NCBI GenBank assembly: GCA_001600815.1
Contig: BCKZ01000022.1
Span: forward strand, 214,982-278,981
Direction of reading: 5' to 3'
Length of the DNA stretch: 64,000 bases
Source: Alloascoidea hylecoeti
Lineage: Eukaryota
A model generated the notes under the pieces. It was not told the origin of the DNA. It ran no database searches and saw only the letters and a program-made list of their open reading frames with translations. A program made the position numbers and the translations under genes. This document shows, piece by piece, positions 26,880-37,809 of this stretch (positions are counted from its first letter, which is position 1; each line of letters begins with the position of its first letter).

Positions 26880-27700
26880 GTAGTTTTTTTTATTTACATC
26901 AAGTATAGAAGTCTTTGATCTTATTCAACAGGTGGAGCACGTTGGAGGAATGTTCTCCGCATAAGTCGCTTTTTCCATGCTAAGACTAGGTAGTGGGTAT
27001 AATCTTGGCAAGCCAAGCCCTCTCATCCGAGTCAACTATAGTTTCCCAGTAGGTGGTGGATTTATGAAGTAGCGTTAATAAGCTTCCTTGTACCCTACAA
27101 TTAATTACCTCTTGAGGTATGCTTATAAATTTGAATATGTTATAATGGCGTATTAATCGCGATACTGGTCTTACTGTGTATTAGTAGATAATAGTCCGAT
27201 TAACACAAGTCCTTATATCTTCTCTAAGAGATGGAATCTTCTAGTGAGATCCACAAGACATGTGATCAGCTTTGCCATATATGGCCGAGTATGTAACAGA
27301 ATATTTAAAAGAGACTAATCTATACGTATACCAGTACCAGTATTAGCAGATTTATTGACTTGTATAATCATACTACAATGTAAGTAAATTTGAATTATTA
27401 AAGTTTTATATATCATTGTTTATATTTCTTTTCTTTATTATTGGAGACAAACTAATTTAGAAATCAATAGTTCCCATACAATTTGCATCGTCTCACCTCC
27501 TCTCCAAGTAATCACATACCTCTAGGATATCACTAATACAGAATTCTCTAGGATCCGGATCTCACAGTTGTTTCTGTAGTTCCACTGAACAGATAACCAA
27601 CTTCTTACAGTTAGAACAATATTTTCCATAAGTTTGGTATGTTTTCGCCCGGACATCAAATGGACTGATACCGTCGATTCTCTCTTCAGTTTATAATGTA
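26880..27700 (-). mobile_element. Possible deleted/decayed non-LTR (L1-like) retroelement
   Basis: In L1 order on the minus strand: knuckle-like KYCSNCKK (about 27620), endonuclease-like GG-D-ANC across a frameshift and TGIRID* (27320-27510), zf-RVT-like WLAKIIPT...PPTCSTC (26930-27020). Many stops and frameshifts. Confidence 0.3.
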
Positions 27701-28985
27701 ACAACTCACGAGATAATTATTAATGGTATTTGATTATTCTTATAATTTGAAATATGTATTGTATTTTCAATCGACTGTTAAGTTTAAAATTTAAATCGAT
27801 ATCTGAATCATTTAAACGTTCCAAATCAAGGAATACAGTCGAAGTCGTAGAAACCTGAATCTTTTTCTGACAGTCCTCAAAACAATCTACAATATCATGG
27901 CACCCATTAAGTACTCTACAGGGCCTTAATTATTCTTAAAATAGTTTATGATGTTCCATAAATTCTACATATTCTACTGGCCTATATGTAAAAAACATCT
28001 TATGTTCATCATTTATTAGCTCCCTTAACTCCATGAATCATGATCAAAAATGCAATTTCAGTGAGACATGGAGGAGGATTAGTAACTCCAACGTCTGTTT
28101 ACGATACAGTACGACCACTTTTCTATAACATAAAATTCACAGACGCAAATTCCCCATGTTATTAAATTTTTTTGGTTCAGAGTTCTGACTTTCATGGAGC
28201 AAATACCTTCGGGAACATTGGCACGAGTTACTGAGAATATTCCATATTCAATCTTTTTAGAGGGTCTTTGGAGTGATACCAGAGAAAAAAGCTCCAAAAA
28301 GCTCCAGTTTAATCTTGATCCAGCTTAGAATGTGAATACACATACCAAAGTAAATTCGAATTATATTGATATAAATGAAGTAAATATTCTCCAGAACATA
28401 ACCAGTTACGTTTATGGAACAAAACAATTAACTAAGGATTTATTCTGATCAATTAATATACTACCATCTTCACTATAAACATATGATTATGTTAATATCA
28501 ATTGACAAATTTTATAAGAAATCCTTAGTATTTAAATGTTGACGACTTCTTTGGTGGTAATTTTACACCTAATTTGGTTCAAATTCAGATTAAAGATAAT
28601 AATTTCTATTTCCATGCGATTATGTTGATATTATTATAAACTTGATAACTTCATTCTATTGAAATATCTTATGGAAAACTTTCTCAAATGTGTAAGTTGT
28701 AGGGGGTTTCTCTATGTAAATTCTTACATTGTGAGTTGCAAACAAGTTGATTAATGGCTTTAGTACCAACCGTAGCTAAAAGAAACAATTCAGAATTGAT
28801 ATTATAATTGAGCAACGATTAACAATGATCTAGAAGATAATTTTTATTGGAGTTTTTTTAAAAGGAGAGAAAGTGAAAGGAATTAAATCTGTAGAGATCG
28901 TTGCTCCTTCAACAAATATTCCAGTGGATTATATAACTGGTGAAGTTGATTTGCTTATGATTAATAATAATAATATATATGTTAT

Positions 28986-29484
28986 GTTAATTGTTAATAA
29001 TATATAAAGGGTATACTTGAGAACAGGAGTATATTGTATCACACTACATTTCTTTTGTTGCTCCTCTGTTTGACAAAACCGATCCAATGTCAGTAATAAC
29101 AGAAAGATTAAACAAATTTAAGACAAGATTTTTCCAAGATCCCAATTGGATCAATAATGCTAACGATTTGCTAACAGATTGGGACCTAAATGATACAACA
29201 TTTTTAAATATTATACAGAATCAGGCACGTGGAATTTTCAATTAGTTTCAAGATGAAAATAATCAGTGTTATCTTTCGCGTTTATAATGAGTTACTAACC
29301 TCGAGGGTTCCTCTTCATGGAAGACCCAACAAGTAAATCAAAAGGAACTAAACCTACAGCTACCGTCAATTAAGCTTGTTCAACTCTACATAAGGTAAAA
29401 CCCGATAAGTGTTCAAAATCTGATTTTACAGAGGATAGATATACAATTACTACTCAATTTGTCACATGTAGATATTACCCAAAA
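28986..29484 (+). repeat. Left arm of ~500-bp inverted duplication (5' end of a disabled gene)
   Basis: Reverse complement of 30577-31068. Contains TATATAAAG, ATG at 29087 (MSVITERLNKFKTRFFQDPNW...) and in-frame stops. Confidence 0.9.
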
Positions 29485-29884
29485 NNNNNNNNNNNNNNNN
29501 NNNNNNNNNNNNNNNNNNNNNNNNNNNNNNNNNNNNNNNNNNNNNNNNNNNNNNNNNNNNNNNNNNNNNNNNNNNNNNNNNNNNNNNNNNNNNNNNNNNN
29601 NNNNNNNNNNNNNNNNNNNNNNNNNNNNNNNNNNNNNNNNNNNNNNNNNNNNNNNNNNNNNNNNNNNNNNNNNNNNNNNNNNNNNNNNNNNNNNNNNNNN
29701 NNNNNNNNNNNNNNNNNNNNNNNNNNNNNNNNNNNNNNNNNNNNNNNNNNNNNNNNNNNNNNNNNNNNNNNNNNNNNNNNNNNNNNNNNNNNNNNNNNNN
29801 NNNNNNNNNNNNNNNNNNNNNNNNNNNNNNNNNNNNNNNNNNNNNNNNNNNNNNNNNNNNNNNNNNNNNNNNNNNNNNNNNNNN
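29485..29884. other. Assembly gap (400 N); single N also at 30281 and 30576
   Basis: Run of N in the sequence. Confidence 1.
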
Positions 29885-31068
29885 TAGGTGTCATATTCTG
29901 TAGCAAAATGTTCCATACATTTCTTTGGCATATTTTCAATATCATCAGTTCCTTGATTCGCGCAATAGGGATCATAAATTTTTAATATGTATTGGGTATT
30001 TTTTTGTGTGTGTTTCAAAAAATCTGATTACTTTTCTAATGAAAATGATTGAGTACGAAAGTAATTGTTTCTCTTTGATAATTACATATTTTATAGGTAT
30101 TTTCTTGTAACAGGTGGTATTATCAAACAAAGTTTCATAATCATCATATTTTATTTTATTTTCAACGTCGATATCAATTTGATATAATATAGTAGAATAG
30201 TAATCGGAAACCCATCCGAATTGGTGTACTACTCAATAAACACTGATGAACCGATTGAGTGAAAATATCATTGAAATCTTNTTCGAAAGGTAAATCATCT
30301 TTGTTTAGAATTTGAATGGCGGGTCTTTTCAGTTCAATACTAAGTAAATTATTGTATGCTATTTTTAGTAGAAAATTTGGTGTTACTCTATATTAGGGAG
30401 AATGTGACCACAATGATTTTGCGGTGCAAATTGTAGAGTACTTTGGCCCTTAAAACCCTTCATTACCATTTCTAACACGTTGAAGATTCTTTTTTGTATG
30501 ATTACAGTTATTTCTGCTTCATTAATTGACCCATATTTTTTGTTGTCCTAAAGTTATTAAAATGATTTCATTTAGNTTTTGGGTAATATCTACATGTGAC
30601 AAATTGAGTAGTAATTGTATATCTATCCTCTGTAAAATCAGATTTTGAACACTTATCGGGTTTTACCTTATGTAGAGTTGAACAAGCTTAATTGACGGTA
30701 GCTGTAGGTTTAGTTCCTTTTGATTTACTTGTTGGGTCTTCCATGAAGAGGAACCCTCGAGGTTAGTAACTCATTATAAACGCGAAAGATAACACTGAAT
30801 TATTTTCATCTTGAAACTAGTTGAAAATTCCACGTGCCTGATTCTGTATAATATTTAAAAATGTTGTATCATTTAGGTCCCTATCTGTTAGCAAATCGTC
30901 AGCATTATTGATCCAATCGGGATCTTGGAAAAATCTTGTCTTAAATTTGTTTAATCTTTCATTGGATCGGTCGTCAAACAAAGAAAAGAAATGTGTTGAG
31001 TGGATGGGTGTGTGATACAATATATGCTTGTTCTCAAATATACACTCTATATATTACTAACAATTAAC
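29885..31068 (-). pseudogene. Disabled gene with PD-(D/E)XK-nuclease-like and kinase-like segments; 30577-31068 is the right arm of the inverted duplication
   Basis: Fragments NEAEITVIIQKRIF, RVTPNFLLKIAYNNLLSIELKRP, QCLLS/FGWVSDYYSTI and YILKIYDPYC, separated by stops and frameshifts. Confidence 0.4.
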
Positions 31069-31402
31069 GTTTGGCTTTCCAAATGTCAATATCACACGTG
31101 ATCCGAGCCGATTGTGTCACTTTGGAGCCCCGGGTGAAATAGATCAAAAGTTACGGGAAGTGTGGTGTATATATAAATTTAATACAGCAATTCCTAATAT
31201 AGGCCCAAACAATCAAAATATTAACGCCCTCTTCTATTAAGCGCTCCATAAGCTCTCCATGAAATATTTTCTTCATTATGAGATATAAAACTTGAATCTA
31301 TATATTTCATTTTCTTCATAGGGAAATTTTCTGATGACTTTCCAAAAAAACTTTTTTTACCACCTTTAAATAATGAAAGTGGAGTTGAAGAATAGCACTG
31401 TC

Positions 31403-31618
31403 AAATCCAATTAATAGTTGTTTAAAAATCATACAAAATTGTAAGTTAAAATATCCATTATTCCAAAGTCGAAAATGCCGTTTTTGATACAAAATGTAGG
31501 CTTAATTTGTTTTAGAATAAATCTTAGCTAAAAAACTGAAAAAACTGGCAGGGTAACTCTATAATCACGTCAAGTGCCAAAGTAGTTAAATATGTGGCTG
31601 AATCTTTAGTTTATACTG
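31403..31618 (+). repeat. Dispersed ~220-bp repeat (element end or solo-LTR-like), inverted copy at 55863-56104
   Basis: Long shared blocks such as AATCCAATTAATAGTTGTTTAAAAA, CATACAAAATTGTAAGTTAAAATATCCA, TTCCAAAGTCGAAAATGC and TTTTGATACAAAATGTAGG. Confidence 0.9.
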
Positions 31619-32106
31619 ATCCATAGAAATTGTCAAGGAATTACATGTAACAAATAATTTTTAATTTTTGGTACCAAAATTCCGAATGTGCGCGGATCAT
31701 GGCTGAGTTATATATACTAACTTTTACGAACAATGAAATTTTAAAAAACATTCAATTTTTCGATTTTACTACGCTAGTGTTCGGACTGTAATTATAGTGA
31801 AGTTAGTGGTTAATTTCTTAAACCATGATTTAGAGTTGGATATGATAAGAATTAGGAAATGATTTGAAAAGAATGTAGGATGACAAGATAATTATAATAT
31901 TATGATAAGTGAAACACAAACCAGATCATCAATAATTTGACTGTTTTAACTTCAACATGTAGTTTTGTAGTTTTACAATTAATTAAAATTTGAAAATAGT
32001 TATAATATGACGAATTGTTGTGTATCTTTATTATAAATGAACTATTATTTAAAAAATCTAATTAGAAGACATGCTTAAAGTTTACCTTAACAAATTTCAT
32101 CAAAAA

Positions 32107-33111
32107 CTACAAAGGAACAGTACCAGGAGCAACTTTAACATCATCAGGTTTAAAATTGATTATTTCAGATGGTGTCTTTTCAGGTTTTGCTTCGCCATCA
32201 ACAGTACTAGGTTTAGGTGCATCACCAGAGTGTGGAGCTACGCCTTCAGGACCAACGAATTTCTCATCTCTCCAAGGTCCAACATCAGCAAGGTATAACC
32301 CACCAAGATCTTCACTAACTTCACTCTTGCCACCAAATCTAACAGGTAAATTCTCAGCAGGAATTTGTTTTAATAAATCAGCTTGATATGACCAACCCAA
32401 AATGAAAATCTTATTAACAGTAACAGGATCTAAAAATGGTTTAAAAATTCTAAAAGCAGTTGCAAAACCAAAAGGTGCATTAATGATATAAAATTTCCCC
32501 ATTCTTTCAGGATAATAGTCTTGACCTATTTTTGAAGCTTCTCTAACATAAGAAAAAACTTGACTTATTTGTGAAAGACTAATTCCTTTACAATCCATAA
32601 TTGTACAAGAAGTTTCAACTAAATAACCAATTTGTCTTGAACAGGCTGGCAATCTATATTTAATAAAAGATTCATATTCCCAAACTAAATTCTTTAACAT
32701 TCTTTCTTGTGTAGTTAATTTATACATTTCAGGAATGTTTACTTTACCCAGTTCCTCAATATAAATTGGTCTACCATCCTTATCAGTTTTATGATAATAT
32801 TGTGGATAAAATGAAGCAACTTGAGATTTTTCTTTATAATGGAAAGTTTCTAAAATGTCATTAACTCCAAATTCTTTTCTCCAATTCTCACAATTAATAA
32901 ACATTTCTTTTGTTTTTTCAACATCGAATTTTCGTGCTCTAAGGAAACGTAGCAAACTTGCATCGTCGAGTCTATCAGTATATCCGAGTTGTTCAAGTTG
33001 ACTTCTTAAAACCAGTATTTGAGCCTCTTGCTCAGGAGTTGTATTTCCTGGATAGCCTGTTGGACCACCAGGTTGAACTACAGAAGGATAAGAAGTATTT
33101 GTCTCTGCCAT
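32107..33111 (-). CDS. SEC14: Phosphatidylinositol/phosphatidylcholine transfer protein Sec14
   Basis: [44 protein letters not shown] and [20 protein letters not shown] match Sec14. Confidence 0.96.
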   Translation of the reverse strand: MAETNTSYPSVVQPGGPTGYPGNTTPEQEAQILVLRSQLEQLGYTDRLDDASLLRFLRARKFDVEKTKEMFINCENWRKEFGVNDILETFHYKEKSQVASFYPQYYHKTDKDGRPIYIEELGKVNIPEMYKLTTQERMLKNLVWEYESFIKYRLPACSRQIGYLVETSCTIMDCKGISLSQISQVFSYVREASKIGQDYYPERMGKFYIINAPFGFATAFRIFKPFLDPVTVNKIFILGWSYQADLLKQIPAENLPVRFGGKSEVSEDLGGLYLADVGPWRDEKFVGPEGVAPHSGDAPKPSTVDGEAKPEKTPSEIINFKPDDVKVAPGTVPL

Positions 33112-33300
33112 TGCAAAACCACGAGCTCGAAGAAATTAACAGTTTTTGTTTTTGTTGTTGAGAAATCGGAGGTTTAAATCGAAACAGTGTCGTGCTGATA
33201 TTTACATGTGTGCCCAAATATACCTGCAGACCCTGACACGACTTGAAGCCACACACATTTTCTGTCTTATAATTATAGAAACGCGGCAGAGAATTAGAAA

Positions 33301-36300
33301 ATGGCTGGAGTGCCTATCAGCAACAAAAAGGAACTCAGGTCTCGGATGTTGGCTTTCAAGGAGCCCAAGCTGGCTTTGGGAAGAGTTCGTGGGGCTCGTA
33401 AGGATTCGCTGATATCAACCACACCACAAGGTGATATCCAGGCACATTCAGATGAAGATACACAACTTATTCATTTACAAGGAGGTTTTTTCACAATAAA
33501 TAAAGATCGACAAGAAATATCAATTAAGAATAATAATAGTCCTGATGAGGATGTTACTCTAACTTTTAAATCTCAAAAAGAATATCTTGATTGGATTTCT
33601 ACTCTTCTTGTGTGGACATATTTATTACCACGAGGTGTTTCTAATAAATGGTATATTCATAGATATGAAACAATAAATGAAAATAAAATTAAAGGAAAAA
33701 GTGTAGGACCAGGGGTTGGAATAACTGGAAATGAATCAAATTTATTGGTTTGTGACTTGAAAATATTAGGTCATTTACCTTCCAGGCATAAGAATGCACT
33801 TTCTGTTACAGCTGTTGGTGAATGTTTAAGTCCATTAGATGAAAATTTAGATGAATCATGGTTCAACGCATTAGGAGTTTTAAAATCAAATGGAGTATTA
33901 GATCTTATTGATAAACTTGATGGATCCCTTATATATTCAATTAATGTTGGTCATTTACTTCGTTCTGAAATTAGAGAAACTCATCGTTCATTATTTAATG
34001 ATCCAAATATATTATTTTTAGGTTATTTACCTATATTAAGATCACAATATGAACAATCAGGTTCTCATTTTTGTTTTGGTCCAAATTTACCTTTTATATC
34101 AAATAATGATAGTAATTCAAATTCATCAAGAGTTTTTTTAAGATTTCCTTATCATATTGATTTAGAAGATTGGTTTGTTTCTCTTTCATCTTTAGCATAT
34201 GGCGAATATTACACAAATACTCCACTTTCATTATCAACTAGTATGAAATTTTATGATTCTATTACAATTGATATATCTGAAGCAAGACTTTCATTAACTA
34301 ACGCAATTTCACAATCACAATCGCAATCACAATCAACAACAACTTCACAACAAAATCCTATTTCATTGGTATATATTGAAATTTATATATGGAATACTTT
34401 ATATGCTAGAACTGCTATAGTAGATGCAGTTGATGAACCATTTTGGGGAGAATCTTTTAACTTTAATAGAGTTCCAATCTGTACAAAAGAAATTTGTTTA
34501 AAATTGAAATCAATCAATAATAACAATAATGGACATAATATTGGAAAAGTAACATATGGAGCAAATGATATTACAATTGCAGATATGGTATTAAAAAGAG
34601 CAGATTTTGCAATTTTAGAAAAAAAAGATGAATGGAAACAAATGAGAATAACTCAACAATATCAATTATGGAAAAATTCAAAATATGATATTGAATCATC
34701 ATCATCAACAGCTATTCAAAATAATAATTTAAAACCAACAGTCAATTTAAATATTTCAATTCATAATCAAAATTATAAAATATTAAAATCTGAAGATTAT
34801 CATGCTTTAGAATTAAGTTTAAAAGAAACTCCATGTGATGAAATTGTTAAAAGGTTTAATAATGTTATGAATTCATCATCAACAAATTCAAATAATACTG
34901 TTGTTAATGAACGTGATATGGAATTATTATTAGATGTTTTTTCATCATTAGGAAAAGAACATGAATGGATTAAATCATTAATTAAATATGAAGTTACAAA
35001 ACTAAAATCAACAATTGAATCAAGTTCAACAGATACAACAACAATTTCTGGTATTGATTTAACTCCAGTTACAAGTACAATAAAAGTTCCAAATTTTTAT
35101 ACAACATTATTTAGAGGAAATACAACAATGAGTAAATCATTAGATATTTATAATAGACGATATGGTCAAGAATATTTAGAAAGTGTTATTGGGCCATTTG
35201 TTCAAAAAGTTGTTAATGATCAATTAGATTGTGAAATTGATCCTTCAAGAATTTCAACATTATCAAATAAATTAGATGATTTAACATTAAATAAAATTAT
35301 TGAAATTAATGGTTTAAAGTTATTACAATATGTTAATGATTTATGGCATAATATTCAAGCAACAAGTCAAGATTTCCCATTAACAATTAAAACAATTTTA
35401 AAAACTTTAAGAAAAGAACTAGAAACAATTCCACCATTAAAAATAATAACAACTTCAAATACAAATATTATTAAAGATGGTACAAGTAATGAAAAAACTA
35501 TATATAATTGTCTTACAGGATTTATATTTTTAAGATTATTTTGTCCAGCAATTTTAAACCCAAAACTTTTTAATTTAACTGTTGGTCATCAAACTGGAAA
35601 AATAAAAAGAACATTAACATTAATTGCAAAAATTTTATTAGGATTTGGAAATAGAACACAATTTGGTGCAAAAGAACCATGGATGATTCCAATGAATCAA
35701 TTTTTAATTGATAACGATGATCAATTAATTGATTATCTTGATAGAATTAGTGGTGCAAAAATTGATAGTGGTGAAGCTTTATTATCATTAAGTTCTGGTG
35801 TTGATAGACCCGAATTAAATATAAATTCTGAATTAATTCAAGATTTACCAATGAATAATTTATTAATTGATAAATATGCTTGTTTTACAAGATTTTCAAA
35901 TTTATTATCTGGACAAAATTTACAATATCTTTCAAGTAAAAGTACAAGTTTCCAAAGTTTACAATTACTAAATAATAATCAAAATAATAATCAAAATCAA
36001 AATCCAAACACAAGTTCTGATAATTTATCAACTTTATCATTTGGTTTAAGTGCAGAAACTAAAAAATATTTAGATTCACCTTTATCATCACCAGAAGAAC
36101 TAACAGAAGAAAATGAAAATGAAAATGAAAATAAAAATGGGGATTTTATAATTGAAGCAAAAAAAATTAATAATAAGATTTATAATTATTATCGTTCATT
36201 AACAAGATCACAATTATTAACAGATTTTAATCCAATTGGTAAAAATGAAAAGAATTGGGAAAAATTTATTGATCAAATTTTAAATGATTCATTTATTGAT

Positions 36301-36423
36301 GATAAAGGAAAAGTTGTTTTTTCAAAAAAAACATTAATGGAAGAAATTTTAAATGAAAATGATAGAAAAAATAAAAAACATTCAAGGATTCCATTAAGAT
36401 CATTTTTAACAAAAAAGAAATGA
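33301..36423 (+). CDS. BUD2: C2 + RasGAP protein, Bud2-like
   Basis: C2-like ARTA...PFWGESF; RasGAP motifs TLFRGNT, CEIDP, FIFLRLFCPAILNPKLF and KEPWM; adjacent to SEC14 as BUD2 is adjacent to the Sec14 paralogue YKL091C in S. cerevisiae. Confidence 0.85.
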   Translation: MAGVPISNKKELRSRMLAFKEPKLALGRVRGARKDSLISTTPQGDIQAHSDEDTQLIHLQGGFFTINKDRQEISIKNNNSPDEDVTLTFKSQKEYLDWISTLLVWTYLLPRGVSNKWYIHRYETINENKIKGKSVGPGVGITGNESNLLVCDLKILGHLPSRHKNALSVTAVGECLSPLDENLDESWFNALGVLKSNGVLDLIDKLDGSLIYSINVGHLLRSEIRETHRSLFNDPNILFLGYLPILRSQYEQSGSHFCFGPNLPFISNNDSNSNSSRVFLRFPYHIDLEDWFVSLSSLAYGEYYTNTPLSLSTSMKFYDSITIDISEARLSLTNAISQSQSQSQSTTTSQQNPISLVYIEIYIWNTLYARTAIVDAVDEPFWGESFNFNRVPICTKEICLKLKSINNNNNGHNIGKVTYGANDITIADMVLKRADFAILEKKDEWKQMRITQQYQLWKNSKYDIESSSSTAIQNNNLKPTVNLNISIHNQNYKILKSEDYHALELSLKETPCDEIVKRFNNVMNSSSTNSNNTVVNERDMELLLDVFSSLGKEHEWIKSLIKYEVTKLKSTIESSSTDTTTISGIDLTPVTSTIKVPNFYTTLFRGNTTMSKSLDIYNRRYGQEYLESVIGPFVQKVVNDQLDCEIDPSRISTLSNKLDDLTLNKIIEINGLKLLQYVNDLWHNIQATSQDFPLTIKTILKTLRKELETIPPLKIITTSNTNIIKDGTSNEKTIYNCLTGFIFLRLFCPAILNPKLFNLTVGHQTGKIKRTLTLIAKILLGFGNRTQFGAKEPWMIPMNQFLIDNDDQLIDYLDRISGAKIDSGEALLSLSSGVDRPELNINSELIQDLPMNNLLIDKYACFTRFSNLLSGQNLQYLSSKSTSFQSLQLLNNNQNNNQNQNPNTSSDNLSTLSFGLSAETKKYLDSPLSSPEELTEENENENENKNGDFIIEAKKINNKIYNYYRSLTRSQLLTDFNPIGKNEKNWEKFIDQILNDSFIDDKGKVVFSKKTLMEEILNENDRKNKKHSRIPLRSFLTKKK

Positions 36424-36759
36424 TATATTTATATTTATAAAAAAGTTGTTTATGTGATTAAAAAAAAGTTTTTTTTTGATTTTTCCTATTTTGCATATTT
36501 TTGCTATTCTTATTCTAATTGCAATCTTGTTAACTGAATTATTGATATTTGCCATTTATTTTATTAATATTATAATGTATTAAAATTCGCTTGTTTATTT
36601 TATTTTTGTTCATCCCTATAAGTTACTTTGTTCATATACGTTTTTTTGCTATAAGTTACACAATGTCATTTAACTACCTAACTAATTCCTCTCATATATT
36701 CTGGGCTATGTTCCTTTTGCTATAGACCTTATACTCCCCTACTTAATTTTTAATTATTT

Positions 36760-37720
36760 ATAAATAATGTAATGAATGATGCACACTTATATGCTGTTGT
36801 GATCTGGTAGGTTATAACTACCCATAGTCCTTGAATTAACATTCAGACTGATAATCCGTACGGCTTATACCGTCTTTCTTTAAATCGTTTCACCAATTTT
36901 AGACTATAGCTAGCATTTTCATATAATATTTTCAATTTTTACATCGCTGATTCACTGAATTCGATCTAGATAATCCTACAAACTTTAATAAACCTTGATT
37001 TTTCATAAAAATGAAATGTCATTCCTTTCTTAGGTTAAGTCCATGGGTTGAAGTCAGAAATAAATGAGTTTGTTGTTTCAAAGTCATAATTCAATTCAAT
37101 TGTAATGAATATGGAACTGTTATAATTAATGTTTAGTCATTTGTTATTGAAGGTTTTGCATCAGGGAGTTGTGGCGGATACTTGAATGAAGTGAGAGATG
37201 AAACTTCGACCAATTTTTTCGTTGACGAATCTGTAAGTGTTAGAGATGCGGGAAGAGTTTTTGGCAGAATTCATTATATCATAACAGGGATAGAACTCAG
37301 GATAATATATATACAGTGTTGAAGGGTATAGGCTTAAAAATACACTCTTGTCTATACAAACTAGAATTTTATCAATATTAGTATGATACATTCATATATT
37401 TAGTAAGTTCATAGGTACTTCAATTTAAAGCAATTTCCCACCTCCAAATACCAATCCAAGCTTAAATTAAGTCGTTGACGTCTATCATTAACGCTTTACA
37501 AAAAATTGTTGATTATACTAATAGTGCAAAATTGAAAATTGCGGACATATGATTTAAAATATAATATATCGGTTCAACTGCTTTCATGTGTTTGTGGATA
37601 TGTACTAGTTATACCTTATAAATCACTGAGGAAGGACTTGTAAAAATTGACACCAACCTATTGGGAAGATATTTATTGAGATTCGTTTCATAACATTTCA
37701 CCATGTATGTATGATTAGTT
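36760..37720 (-). mobile_element. Possible decayed Ty1/copia fragment
   Basis: KSVFLSLYPSTLYIYYPE (post-integrase SH3-like), KKDG and ITYQITTAY (RT-like) in copia order, with many stops. Confidence 0.3.
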
Positions 37721-37809
37721 AATGAACAATGGCTTATTCAATTACAATTAATGATAATCATAAGTATATATTTAATTTATTTAGATCTATGAATGTAATA
37801 CAATGTATA

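Noticed and set aside
29240..29375. In-frame TAG/TAA stops suggesting RIP-like CpA mutation or stop readthrough
   Set aside because: Too few events, TAA is the expected stop in AT-rich decay, and intact genes here use standard stops.
29413..30018. ORF-track entries spanning the N run
   Set aside because: Artefacts of translating the assembly gap.
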